Positions 14,050-26,599 are shown, numbered from the stretch's first letter. The stretch is 64,000 nucleotides of DNA from Carcharhinus amblyrhynchos (GCA_965287045.1 OZ336886.1:26102001-26166000); one strand, 5' to 3'. The notes: generated by a model not told the origin, from the sequence alone. Numbers and translations: made by a program.

Positions 14050-14400
14050 TAAAGGGGGTAATAGATTAGATCTGAACTGTTCCAGGCCAATTTCTATTTT
14101 ACCCACTGCCTTTCTAAAGTTATGGATAGGACCGTCTATAAGTAGCCAACTTCTTCCTTAGACAGTAATAACATTTTGTCAGTCAGGTTTTTACTCGGGA
14201 CGTGGATGCATTACAGCTGCATTGAAACTTTTAAATGATGTTATAATAGCCTTAGATTAGAAACAAGCCCTGCTGGTATTTTTATTGATCTATCGAAGGT
14301 ATTTGACACTATTGATCAGACTGTTCTTATGAAAAGATTGACATTGGTTCAAATAAGGATTGTCTGTTATGGTTCATGAACTACCTTTCTAATCCTATTC
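14050..14400 (+). mobile_element. Old LINE reverse transcriptase fragment (L2/CR1 group)
   Basis: ggtatttttattgatctatcgaaggtatttgacactattgat encodes GIFIDLSKVFDTID, the RT DxxKAFD motif; heavily decayed. Confidence 0.55.
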
Positions 14401-14625
14401 AGTGGGCACAATCTTACCAAACAAATTCTAAGTGCCAAACGAGTAAGAAGACAGGAGTTATTCACACCGGTTTTTACAGCACGTCACTTAGTGCAATGAA
14501 AGAGCCACCAGGCGATTCTCACTGGAATGGACCATCTGCGCGCATGACTTGCCCAAAGTGGTCGCAGCTGTACAGCATTAACAAGGGAGAACTCCATATA
14601 AGTGCTAACTATGGATCCTCAAGTC

Positions 14626-15610
14626 ATGCCAGGAAGATCTGCGTCATCATTCATGACTGTTGTCTGTTGGATGCCGTGGAAGAGGGGAGAGCCATTTTCT
14701 ACTCTACAGATCGAGGGGTTGGGCTGGCAACGTGACCTGGGAAGCAGTGGTAGCAGTAACGAGTGCCCATGCATTCCAACATGGAGAATCAGAGCAGCAC
14801 GGTGGCACAGCACTGCTGCCTCACAGCTCCAGGGATCCAGGTTCAATTCCTTGCTTGGGTCACTGTGCAGAGTCTGCATGTTCTCTCCCTGTCTGCGTTA
14901 GTTTCTTCCGGGTGCTCCAGTTTCCTCCCACAGTCTGAAAGACATGCTGGTTAGGTGCATTGGCCATGCTAAATTTTCCCCCAGTATACCCAAACACGCA
15001 CCGGAATGTGGCAGACCTCCATGTGCTTGGTCCCTCGGGCATTCCCAGCACTACTCAGCGTGCATCTACGGCTGTGTTGTGTGCACTAGGAGGTGATCCA
15101 GAAGCCTCACTGCTAACATAGCCCCTCAAGGTGAGCATACCTGCTATGGTGAGTTGTGTGGTTGATGCCTGTGTTGATGGTGCTGGTCTCAGAGGATTCC
15201 TTGGGCCTTGCCTCCAAGGTGTCATTGCTGCTGTCATGGGCATCACAGTGGGAGCAGTGTGGGTGGGTTAGCAGCATTTCCAGATGAGCCAGACACATTG
15301 GGGTCATTTCTCATAATGAAGGACACATGGTTCAGTGCAAGGGAGGAACAACTATCTGGGTAGATTGCAATTTACTTGAAGTTTCTCGTATGAATTGAGG
15401 TTTTGCAGATCAAAGTAACTTCATTGCAGTGTTGATGTAAGCCTACTTCTGACACTAATAAATAAACTCAAAACATTACTGTTTCAGTAACATAAGATGG
15501 CTCATAGTTGCTTGGAGCAGGAGAAAACCGAAGGTGGATCCCCAAGCTGCATCATCTCATTCCATTTGAGAAGTGCCCACTGGAGCTGGTGGGGGAGGGT
15601 GACGAAAGAA
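14626..15610 (+). pseudogene. Harbinger Myb/SANT-like DNA-binding ORF relic (exons 1-2, split by a SINE)
   Basis: 14626-14790 reads MPGRSASSF..LLDAVEEGRAIFY..TWEAVVAVTSAHA. After ttcag at ~15487 it reads HKMAHSCLEQEKTEGGSP..HHLIPFEKCPLELVG across a frameshift, resembling the Myb_DNA-bind_5 domain followed by the KTGGG motif of Harbinger second ORFs. Confidence 0.7.
14793..15472 (+). mobile_element. tRNA-derived SINE interrupted by a 403-bp inverted insertion
   Basis: Head gcagcacggtggcacagcactgctgcctcacagctcc. The body runs to ccggaatgtggc (15012), and the tail resumes at caaagtaacttcattgcagtg...aataaataaactc (15411-15472). Confidence 0.9.
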
Positions 15611-16054
15611 TGGTGAATGACAGCCAGGTTGTCATGTGACATGGAAGTGAGGATCTGCAAAACCTCAATTCATACGAGAAACTTCAAGTAAATTGCAATC
15701 TACCCAGATAGTTGTTCCTCCCTTGCACTGAACCATGTGTCCTTCATTATGAGAAATGACCCCAGTGTGTCTGGCTCATCTGGAAATGCTGCTAACCCAC
15801 CCACACTGCTGCCACTGTGATGCCCATGACAGCAGTAATGACACCTTGGAGGCAAGGCCCAAGGAATCCTCTGAGACCAGCACCATCAACACAGGCATCA
15901 ACCACACAACTCACCATAGCAGTTATGCTCACCTTGAGGGGCTATGTTAGCAGTGAGGCTTCTGGGTCACCTCCTAGTGCACACAACACAGCCGTAGATG
16001 CATGCTGAGTAGAGCTGGGAATGCGCGAGGGACCGAGCACATGGAGGTCTGCCA
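15009..16054. repeat. Long inverted repeat: arms 15009-15411 and 15652-16054, 240-bp spacer
   Basis: Direct comparison shows about 9 substitutions and no indels by hand count. The mirrored ORFs 15113..15307(-) and 15756..15950(+) are nearly identical. Confidence 0.97.
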
Positions 16055-16319
16055 GAGTGAAGGAATCAGCTGCTCCAAGCCAGGTGCCAGCAGCTGGGAT
16101 CCATCATCCAAAGCTGCTGAGATGCATCAGCAGAGCTGGGGATCGCAGGAGGGCTGTCAGCAACACTGTAGCAACTACCAGGCTGTTTGGAGGAATGTAC
16201 GGTCTTCAGTTGCAGGTGATGGTGCGGGCATCAGTGATGTCAGAGCACTGTCAGCATCTTCCATGGCCTTCACTGAGTTCTCCGATTTGCTTTGCAACAT
16301 TAAGGTCTTCATCCAGCGT

Positions 16320-16670
16320 TGATAGGGATATAGCGAAGTGGGTGGGGAGTGAGCAAGATAAGGTGTTGGTAGGAGAGAAAGGTTATAGGAAGGGGAGGAA
16401 TGAAGCTGGGAGAATGGGGATTGAAGATGTTGTGAGGGTGAAGCTGGGATGGAGAAGGGAGTTCAGAGGGGTGAAGGCGTCAAGGAGGAAGAAAGGGATA
16501 GTGAGCCGAAAGATGGAGTGTGGGGCAGGTATCATGGGAGAGAAAGGAGTGATGGAGGGAGTAAGGAATGGTGAAGAAATAGGGAGAGAACATAAATTGA
16601 GGGACAATGCAGGAGTGGAGAGATAGGATGGAATAAGGGTGGATGCAGGGGTAAGCGGGAGGTAGAATAT
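16320..16670 (+). repeat. Purine-rich (G/A) low-complexity tract
   Basis: Strong G+A bias with very few C. Confidence 0.7.
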
Positions 16671-18888
16671 CAGGGGTAACTTTTGCAGAATCTGCCATTG
16701 TCCATGTTACTGAAATCGAAAGTAAATCACAGCCATGTATTGGATGGACGCAGGTGCTGCATGGGACTGGGTGGGCAGAAACACTGGTCAGCTCAGGTGG
16801 ACTGAAAGAGAATCTTAGCAGGCAGCATTACAAAGGTTTGGGACATTCAGATGAGTGTAATGGTTGGACAATGCATGTTTGTGGGCAAACGCTTGCACCC
16901 AGGTTGTGAAAGGCCCTGCCACAGATATTCCTCCCTCCAGAATCACTCATGGTGGGCTGCATGCAGCTGAACTGTGGGTGTTGGGGTGGGGGAGCTGAAA
17001 GAGAACACTAGCACAAGTATGGAGGTTGCCTGTGGAGTTCTTTGCCCTATTGCCTTTGATGACTTTGGTGGCCAGCTCTGGAGAGCTGAGGCCTGAAGGG
17101 TTCCAGCTGACTTTGGTTTTCCATTGGTGGGCCAGCTACTTTTTCTGCGGTGACCAAGGACAATGACCAAGGACAATGCTGAAAGGTGGGGGGGGGAGAG
17201 GAGGGGAGGGGGGGGGAGTGGTCACAGCCTGAAGGGATTAGGAAGGATTGGCAACATCTGAGAGTTATGAGTGGAAGACTCAAGGCTGTTGAGCTTCTGC
17301 TTCTTCTCCCTTAGGGTATCGAGTGTCCCGATCTGAGGGGAAGGATCCTGAAGGAATATGAAGGCACCCTGTTGGCCTCTTGTGTTGCCACTGCACAAAC
17401 TCACCCTAGGTAACGGTGATGGAGTGCAGATGTGCACACCTGTCAGCATTCTGCTGGACAAGGATGTCTATGCCATCTGTCACCCTCTCCATGGAGTTCT
17501 CAATGCGCACAGCACTTAGTTAATAACATCTGACAGCACTTCCCTATGCTCCACCATGAGATGTAAGGCTGCTTCCAGAAGTTGGGACCTCAAAGATGCC
17601 TCTCCCCCAGCAGTCATCTGACAGCCAGGGAACTTGACTCAACTTGCCCACTCCTGCAGCTGTCCATGAGTAACCACCAGATTGTGTGACTCCACCTGAA
17701 CAACTACAAATACCCACCTCGATGTGTGTACCTAAGCCGATGGAGGGCATAAGTGATAGATCTGATGCCTTGACTGGTATGGAGCTCCTTCTTAGCTCCT
17801 TACAGGGCTGTGGCTGGTGCTGGGCTTTAAAAGGGGTCCTCCTGACTTTGGTCTCTTCCTGAAGGCACATGCAAGTGTTAGAAGAGACAAGTGACAGCAT
17901 CAGCCATCCCAAATGGAGGCACATTTCACCCTCAGGTTTTTTTGATGTGAGCAAGCCCAATTCATGCTGAATATTCCATCCGCGCCACGTTCCCACTGAC
18001 TGCTAATGTGGGCTCAAAATCACAGTTGATCTTTTTAAAATTGCAAATGCACCACCTTAAACCTGCTTTACTGGAGTTATGAGATAGTGACAGCTCTGTT
18101 TTATTGGCAGGTTTTATTACAGAGTAAATCTGTGCTTACTTGCAACAGCATTTTCCAAATTATTTTAACAAATATTGATAGAAAGCACTTGACCTGAGTG
18201 CTTTCATTTTAGTGTGAGTTGAAAGAAAATCATTACCAAACTGTCCATCTCTCTGTACAGGATCATGCTAGACAAACTAAACAAAAATACCTGTCTGAAT
18301 TTTAGTAAAATTCTGGCAATTATTTTGACTCTTAGTTTTTTTCTCACCTGTTTAGTTTGATGTAAAATATGGTAGGTTCTCTGAGTTCACAATAATGGTA
18401 GTGACTGGATAAATGGCCAGCTACAGTGTATTTTCAGAACAGTGTAAGTAGACAAGTCACTGCTTCAGAAGATTTGTACCAGTGCATGGTACACAATACA
18501 ATTGTTCCATTCATATGGCAAAAAAGTGAAATACAAAACCTTTTGAATGTCAGAGATTGTTTGGTTGGTTGTAATCAGGGCCTGCAGAAGCATACTTCAA
18601 CATGTACTGGTCTATTTTACTGTGAGTATTGAATTATTTCAGTATCTTTTATTTTTCTCTATTCTATTTTTGTTGAACTCTTGAAACCATTCCACCAAAA
18701 CATCAGCTTGGAGGGAAGAATAGGCTAAGCTGCACACCTTGTCAACTGTTGTCAACACCATTGTTTCATTATCCAACAAGAAACATGGTGATGAAGACAC
18801 CAAAGCTGTTTTACATTTTTGATTGTACCTCACTTCTATTGCAGCATGATTGAGAATTGCTGCCAACAAAATAATACTTGGGTAAATG

Positions 18889-19887
18889 GGGCGGAATTCT
18901 CACAAAAAAAATCCTAAGTGTAGAATTAATGTAAAAACTGGAGTAATTCACGTTTTTTTCAGTGGGAGTTCAGACAAGAATCTCCCACACTCTGTGCACT
19001 GTAGAGGTCACCAGCATGAATATCATTAAATTTCAGGGGTCAGGGCCTATTGCTGCTGAAGAGGCTAAAATCAGTGCACTGAGCGGGCCATTGTACATAC
19101 GCCAATTTGTCAGTGCCGAGATCAGCGCATGCGCAGTGGCCCCAAACTGACAGCCTCCCAATTGCAGGCCAGCTCAATCATTGGCCAGCCCTACAACCTC
19201 CTAACGCTGGCTCTCTGCCCCTCATGGCCCGGTCGCTGGCCCCCTGACCAGCCCCAAACCCTTCAATCCCATTGCACCGATCTTCAGCCGCTCCCCCCCG
19301 CAACAGTTACCACCTCCCCCCCACCCAAGCAGACTGATTCCCCCTCCCCCCACCAGCTTACCCCACCCCCCTAACCCAATCCCTGGTCTCTGTCATTCCC
19401 TCACTGATCCCAATTGCAGAGTAACAGCAGGACCCTCCCCATCAGGGCCCCATCCCCTAGGCCCTATCCCCCATGTATCATACCCCCTTGGCACTGGCCC
19501 AAGCCCCATGGACAGTGCAGAAGGCACAGGCTTACACAGCCAGGATGCCAATGCACCCATCCCACCACCCGACCCTCTGGGATGCTCTGATTGCCGCACC
19601 CCCACCTTCACTCCAGTGCGGTTGGGCTACTAGTTCCCTATTAGTGGGGAACTAGTGAGATCCCTGCTGGAGTGAAATACTTAAATACACTAGTGAGCCC
19701 ACTAATAATTTGAAATTGAAATGACCATTTAAATGGTCTGTGTGTCTCTCCACCAATTTCCGATGCAGAACAGACACTGCCAGAAATTTGACACTGAAAG
19801 ACACAAACCCCACAAATTGGCCGCCGCAAGATTCTCTTGGCCTTCTGCGCTAAAGAATTAATGCAGTGGGATGGGAGAATTGCAGCC
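18889..19887 (+). mobile_element. ~1-kb Harbinger-type MITE
   Basis: Imperfect TIRs gggcggaattctc / gagaattgcagcc, with a 3-bp TSD ATG at 18886-18888 and 19888-19890. Homologous to 42781-43704 and 57899-59189. Confidence 0.8.
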
Positions 19888-19926
19888 ATGTTGTCTAAAG
19901 CCCCATTTTTCTACAATGATAAACAT

Positions 19927-20365
19927 CAGAACAGAAACAAGCCATTCAGCCCCTTGATCCTGTTCCACCTTTTAATTAGATCATGTTTGACCTGTAACTT
20001 AACTCTATCCACCCATCTTGACTCATTTCATTTATTATCCTTGACTGGTAAACATCTATCAACCTCAAATTGAGCTGTCATCTATTAGTTTTGCGAAAGG
20101 CAGTTCCACAATTTTGCCACCTTCTCAGTGGCCCGGGTATAATTTTACTGTTGTGTCCCCTTGCCCTGGACATGCACTATTCCACCACACCAACAAGCAG
20201 ATAAAGCTTACCTTGGTTTGCCATTCCTTTTAAATTCCAAAACACAATCGAATCATGTCTTAACTTTTTATATTGCAGCAATACTGGCCTAGTTAAAGTA
20301 GTCATTCCTCATAATTTGCAGCCCTAATAATTTTCTGGTGAATGTGAACTATCGTCCTTCCAAAG
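19927..20365 (-). mobile_element. Old CR1 3' fragment
   Basis: agaaacaagccattcagccccttgatcctgttccacc tail pattern with a degraded ORF2 end. Confidence 0.6.
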
Positions 20366-20574
20366 TCAATGGGAAAAATCTTACCAAAAGTTAGCAGAAG
20401 GTTGGTTCTGGTGTGATAAACAGTGTGATTTCTGCTGATGGCACCAGTGTGATTTCAGGCCGTATTTCATGCCTCATTAATAATAATTTTTATTCCCACA
20501 AGAATCACTACCCTCCTCAACATCCTCCTCATCTGAGGAGATATGGCACTCCTCCATATCCTCCAGGTCTAAGT

Positions 20575-21700
20575 GGTCTCCCCTCTGCAGCATCAAGCTT
20601 TTGAGAGCACAGCAGACTACAGTGATGCAGGAACCCTCTTGGCGATATATTTTAGGGTATTCCCTGATTTGTCCACGCGCAAGGACTGCATCTTCAGTAG
20701 GTCAATTGCCTGCTCGATCAGCACACACACACACGTTGCAGTGTGAGCCTCATTATAATGAATCTCAGGAGGTACTTGTGGTCTCCACTCTGGCACAATC
20801 AGCCACCTCCTTGTCCTCAAAGAGCATTTACCTCCAGCCACCGCTATCCCTCAGAGACGGTTGTGATCTGAGATGCAGCTGTCATGGATGCTCCCTGGGA
20901 AACTTGCACACAACCACATGAAGTGCATCGTGTGGTCACAGATGAGTTCCACATTTAGGAAGGAGTATCCCTCACCTTTTATGAATGGCACCACGTTGTG
21001 TCATGGAGTGTGCAGGATCATGCGGCTGCAGTCAATCAAACCTTGCACCTGGGCAAATCTGCTAAGCGGGTATAACCCATGGCCCTGACATCTTGGCTCA
21101 CCTGGTCCCAGTCCAAGTTAATATATAAGTGATCCCTCCATTGCATAAATAATATCTACAGCCTCCAGTTCACCCATGCTGCCCTCGATTGAGCCATTCA
21201 TATAGAAATCATAGAACCCTACAGTGCAGAAAGAGGCCATTGAGCCCATGGAGTCTGCACTGACCACAATCCCACCCAGGCCCTATCCCCATATATTACC
21301 AACTAATCCCTCTAACCTATACAACCCAGGACACAAAGGGGCAATTTAGCATAGCCAATTAACCTAACCTGCACATCTTTGGAATGTGGGAGGAAACCGG
21401 AGTACCCAGATGAAACCCACACAGACACGAAGAGAATGTGCAAACTCCACAGACAGTGACCCAAGCAAGGAATCGAACCCAGGACCCTGGAGCTGTGCAG
21501 CAGCAGTACTAACCACTGTGCTACCGTGCCGTAGAGTGGTTGTGAGTTCAAGGGCCACAGTCCTGCAGTGTCCGGCAGAGGTGGTCCACCATCCCATGAG
21601 ATCGACGTAGCCTTCTATGGCACTGAACATCCTATTTACAAGTAGGATGATCACCATCAGAATACTCTCAGCCAATACCTGTGACACTCACACCTCTATC
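20575..21700 (-). pseudogene. Decayed HARBI1-like transposase, copy 2 (split by an HE1 SINE)
   Basis: The reverse strand gives QCHRRLRRSHGMVDHLCRTLQD, FAQVQGLIDCS, LNVELICDH, FPGSIHDS, ORF 20617..20841 EIHYNEAHTAT..IEQAIDLLKM..DKSGNTLKY, and ITVVCCAL. Confidence 0.85.
21202..21530 (-). mobile_element. HE1 SINE
   Basis: Head ggcacggtagcacagtggttagtactgctgc, B-box gggttcgattcc, and a CR1-like tail ctgcactgtagggttctatgatttctat. Confidence 0.9.
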
Positions 21701-22455
21701 GTGCATCTCCTGGAATTGTGACAGTTTCTCCCTCTTCCTCAGGGTGTTGGTCCTGGCCAGGTGCCTTGGCACAGTGGTGACTCTGGTGCTGCTCTATGGC
21801 AATAAGTAGGATAGCCAATTTGACAGGTTCCATGATCCTTCAGACCATGCACTGTAAAGAAGAGAAGAGCTATAAGAGTTCATGACAGAGTCCTAACAAT
21901 CATCCCCAATTCCTTTGGCATTACCACCCAATTGCGGCACACTCAGTAAGTGCCTCAATGGCAACACTCACACTCTCCACTTTGACACTATAGCCACATC
22001 TCTACATTGGTCCCTGTCAGCTCCAGCAGGATGCAGCATTTGGACCACCAGAATCTCAGTGGCACTAAAAGTCCACATTCCCTCAACCCTCCAAAGAATT
22101 CTGGTGCCATGATAGTGGCTGCATGTGACCAGTGTTTGCATCCTGACTGGCGACCTTGCTGGTGCACCCTTTCATGATCTCACTTGGGGTGCATGGTGAT
22201 AGACATCGCCATCACACCTTGCACAGGGCTGCGCATCAGTGTTGTCTGTGATGTTGCAGCCTTTCTGGGAATGTCAGCTCAATGCTTAGGACATGCTTGC
22301 AAAGTGTTAAAAGTTGGTTTCCATTGAATGACTGCACATCATTTATTGGCCTAACCACTAGTCAGGGAAGGCTGGGGTGGCTGTTCAGCTAAGTATCTGC
22401 CGCTTATGGCATATGCGGCCAGCAATAAGCTGGCCTTCTTCACCAACATAGCATA

Positions 22456-23750
22456 GTTGTTCGTCCATGGACCATGGCACCATTAGTCATTTTGAGGTTG
22501 GATGAGATGTATCTGAAGATGACTGATCAGGCCAATTTGGGTCCGGAATGTCCTGGCACATATTGGACAGACTTGTGCTTCAGCAATGCACCTTGCTTCG
22601 TAAGCTTGACAGCCCTTGTGGTTGAGGCAGCTCCAGGTAGGGCGGTTTTGTGCCAGCGTTTCCCAGGTCGTCATGTCTATGTCAAGCGACTTCATGGAGG
22701 CCTTGAGTGTGTCTTTGTAATGTTTCTTCTGTGCTCCATGCGAGCGTCTTACTGCAGAGAGTTCCCCAAAAAGAAGCTGCTTGGGTATGCGTTCGTCTGG
22801 TATACGGATGATATGACCTGCCCACCAGATCAGCGCTCTCATCAGCAGTGTGCGGACCGATGGTAGACTTGCTCTAGAGAGAACTTCAGTGTCTGGTACT
22901 TTGTCTTGCCACCTGATGTGTAATATTCTGCGAAGACAGGTCATGTGGAAATGACTGAGCTGTCTTGCATGCCTTTGATACACAATCCACGTTTCACAGG
23001 CATAAAGGAGGGTAGTGAGTACCATGCGCTATAGACCTTCAGTTTTGTAGCTGGGCTGGTTCCTTGACATTCCCATACAGTGGAGTGCAGTCTACTGAAA
23101 GCAGAACTTGCCTTTGCTATTCTGCAGTTAACTTCTGTATCAATAGTCACTACTTGAGGGAATGTGCTGCCAAGACAAGTGAACTGGTCCATTGCCTGTA
23201 GTTTCTGCCCTTTGATTGTGATTATGGGTTCTGTGCACAGTGCATGAGGAGCAGGCTAGTGCATGACTTCGGTCTTTTTAATGTTGATGGTGAGTCCAAA
23301 GTTGTCACAAACTATGGAAAATTTATCCATACTGACTTGCATCTTTGGCTCTGAGCCAGTAAACAGGGTGCAGTCATCAGCAAAGAGGAAGTCTCGAAAT
23401 AGTCTCCTTCACTTTGGTAATAGCTTGACGTGTCCTCAAGTTGAAGAGCTTTCTAGCCACTCTGTGCTTGAGGCTGATTCCATTAACACTGTCCTGGAAG
23501 GCATCATTCAGCATGGCAGTAAACATCATGCTGAACAGTGTAGGTGTGAGCACACAGCCCTGTTTGACACCATTGGTGACTGGGAATGCCTCAGAGAATT
23601 CTTCCTGCCATCCAGTACTTTGGCCATCTTGCCATCATGGAGCTGGCATACCATCTGAATGAATTTGGGGGGGCAGCCGAACTTTGACAAAATCCTCCAC
23701 AGGCCTTGTGGCCTGACAGTGTCGAAGGCTTTCGCGAAGTCCACAAAGGT
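22456..23750 (-). mobile_element. 5'-truncated RTE-clade LINE with perfect 21-bp TSD
   Basis: Frameshifted ORFs read FVDFAKAFDTV, LLYACETW..LRRILHIRWQDKVP..WAGHIIRIPDERIPKQLLFGEL and a C-terminal CPIC..H..H finger. TSD cttcttcaccaacatagcata at 22435-22455 and 23751-23771. Confidence 0.93.
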
Positions 23751-25219
23751 CTTCTTCACCAACATAGCATATTCCTAGAGGGTACCCCGTTTCTCCCAGG
23801 TCACAAGAGATTCAGAGTTGAGCAGCCTTTCATGACCCATTGGGATATACCATTACCCAAATACCTTTGATAATTGGTTTGGACTGCTGGGCAGTTTCTC
23901 CCCTTTGTCCTCAAACCACTGCCTATGTGTGCATTCCAATCACACTGTAGTCAACCTCTCCAGAGTACAAGACCCTTCAGACTGCATAAGTGAAGATGCA
24001 GCCCATTCCTGAATCCTCCACTGTACCCTCATAGGTCTATCTCTCATTGAACCCCACCAAGGTAATTTACATTTGCCCCCATTGTTGAGTCACTTATTTT
24101 CAAATCCACCTACTCTCTTGCCAACCCCAGTAAGGAAAGATGCTCTTTCAGCTGCGATACGGACAGGAATCCAGGATGGAGGACACAGGAAGCGCTGCCT
24201 GCATTCCAGCCTTCACAACCCCTTTAAAGTATGAGGCACTCCAAAAGAAAGGCAAGATAAGGCCTGCAAGTGAGCCCTTCGGACCCCCGACCCCCCCCCC
24301 CCCCGAAATGATGAATGTGGGATACCTCTCCCCAGGCCCTGAGTTGAACATAGCTGTGTCCCCTGCATCCTCTCCTATGCCCCTGAACAGTGCACATCAC
24401 AAAGGGTGCTGGCTACCTGAGTGTTCCCTTCTGAAATTGCACTCAATGATGAAGTGCCAGATTCTCGCTTATGTATCTCTGTTGTAAATGGCATCAGCGT
24501 GACGTCAACCAGCATCCGCTGAATATCAGTTGAGGGCGGAAAGTCCTGGAGAGCATGCTCGCCAATGACAGACGAATGTATTAAAATGAGCTTCTTGGGG
24601 TCCTGCAGCATGTGTCACGCTACTCCGCTGCCGGGGGGACTAGAAGAGTGGAACTCGGAAACTCACCGGTGCAAATTACATTTTCTGAAATTCTCTCCAG
24701 ATTTTGAGCACATGCCACCATTCCCATGGATGGAAAGTGTGGGCTCAAAATCACCCCATTACATAATTTCTAAGCTGTTGTAGCTGGAATTGTACACAAA
24801 CCCCAGATGTATAACTATCACTGATAACTATCAGGAAAAAATCTTCCTGTTTATCTTATAGCTCTCTGGAACTACATGAACCTGTAAATCTTTTAAGATT
24901 TTCAAAGTTCCTAGCTTTTCACCATTTAAAGAAAAGTCAGGTCAGGCTTATTTTGATTCAAAATGGATGATATAAATTACTTGGTTGAAATCCATCTGCC
25001 ACAGTTTTGTCCATTTATTTAATTTATCCACGTAATTTAGTGCTCCTATCTGCACTTCTAACTATGCCATCCATCTTTATGTCATTGACAAACTTGGATT
25101 TATTTATTGTTATTTAAATTCTTAATAAATATAGTGAATAGATGAGGCCCAGCACAGATCCTTTGATGCTACTGGTCATTTTTTTTCAATTGAACTACTG
25201 TTTGTACTATTTGCCTTCT

Positions 25220-26320
25220 AAGGTAAAGGTGCATGGTATCATGGTATTAACATGGATAGAGGATTGATTAACTAACAGAAACCAAAGAGTGGGAGTAAAT
25301 AGGTCTTTTTCTGGTTGGCGATCAGTGACTCGTGGTGTGTCTCAGGGATCAGTGCTGGGACCACAATTGTTTACAATTTACACATATGACTTGGAGTTGA
25401 GGACCAAGTGCAGTATGTCAAAGTTCGCAGATGACATGAAAATAATTGTTTGAGCAAAGTGTGCAGAGGACACTGGAAGTGTGCAAAGGAATATAGATAG
25501 TTTAAGTGAGTGGGCAAGGGTCTGGCAGATGGAGTACAATATTGGTAAATGTGAGGTCATCCATTTTGATAGGGATAATAGCAAAATGGATTATTATTTA
25601 TGCTGTGCAGAGGGACTTCGGTGTCCTTGTGCGTGAATCACAATAAGTTGGTTTGCAAGTGCAGTAGGTAATTGCAAAGGCAAATGGAATGTTGTCCTTT
25701 ATTGCTAGACTGATGGAGTTTAAAAACAGGGAGATTATGTTGCAGCTGGTGAGGCCAGAAGGCCTCACCAAAACTGTGTACAGTTTTGACCTTCTTACTT
25801 GAGAAAGGATATTCTGGCACTGGTGGGGGTACAGAGGAGATTCACTAGGTTGATTCCAAAGTTAAGACGGTTAGCTTATGAAGAGAGACTGAGTAGACTG
25901 GGACTATGCTCATTTGAATTTAAAAGAATAAGGTGAGGATCTTAAAGAAACATATAAAATTATGAAGGCAATAGATAAGATAGAAGCAGGAAGGTTGTTT
26001 CCACTGGTGGGTGAAACTAGAACTTGGGGCCATAGCTTCAGAATAAGGGGGAGCAGATTTAGGACTGAGTTGAGGAGGAACTTCTTCACCCAAAAATTGT
26101 GAATCTGGAGAATTCCCTGCCCAGTGAAGCAGCTGAAGCTACCCCATTGAATGTTTTTATGGCAAAGATAGATAGATTTCTGAACAGTAAAGGAATTAAG
26201 GGCTATGGTGAGCAGGTGGGTAAGTGGAGCTGAGTCCACAAAAAGCCGTGATCTTATTGAATGGCAGAACAGGCTTGAGGGGCCAGAAGGTCTACTCCAG
26301 TTCCTAGTTTTTAATGTTTA
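25220..26320 (+). mobile_element. CR1 LINE 3' ~1.1 kb, degraded, nested in an older reverse-strand CR1 fragment (~24950-26375)
   Basis: Encodes GVSQGSVLGPQLFTIY, SKFADD and FRTELRRNFFTQ with stops; 3' UTR gccgtgatcttattgaatggc. Confidence 0.88.
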
Positions 26321-26599
26321 CTGCCTTACCAACAATATGAATAATTTGCCTTCAATTCCATAAGCTTTAAATTTTGTGAGCTGAGCAGATCTAACAGTGC
26401 AAAACTGTGCATCCATGAGATGCTGTGGACATCAGCAGGATCAGAATATTATTCAAACATAATGTGTAACCTCAGGGCTGGCATTTTTCTCATTAGCATT
26501 AAACCAAACAACCAACCCCGATTCAGTAAAGAGAGTAGGACAATTTGCCAGGAGTAGCATCAGGTGTACCTGAGACTGATATGCCAACAAAATGACATC

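Larger units (their letters stand above)
14404..18025 (+). mobile_element. Harbinger-derived element carrying a Myb/SANT-like ORF relic
   Basis: The left end gggcacaatcttacc..aaattctaagtg belongs to the local TIR family. The tentative right end gtgggctcaaaatcac matches 24738-24757. It contains the Myb/SANT relic below. The right boundary is uncertain and more than one element may be nested here. Confidence 0.55.
20371..24757 (-). mobile_element. Decayed Harbinger element hosting a SINE and an RTE insertion
   Basis: Ends gggaaaaatcttacc... and ...gggctcaaaatcacccc; contains transposase relic copy 2. Confidence 0.6.

Noticed and set aside
15009-16054. Inverted repeat as TIRs of a foldback transposon, or as an assembly artefact
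   Set aside because: There is no TSD, the SINE tail lies inside the spacer, and one arm is native Myb-relic sequence. About 9 arm differences argue against a simple chimeric-read artefact, although reads should confirm this.
16021-16626. 201-aa ORF
   Set aside because: It lies in a transposon relic and a purine-rich tract where stop codons are scarce for compositional reasons.
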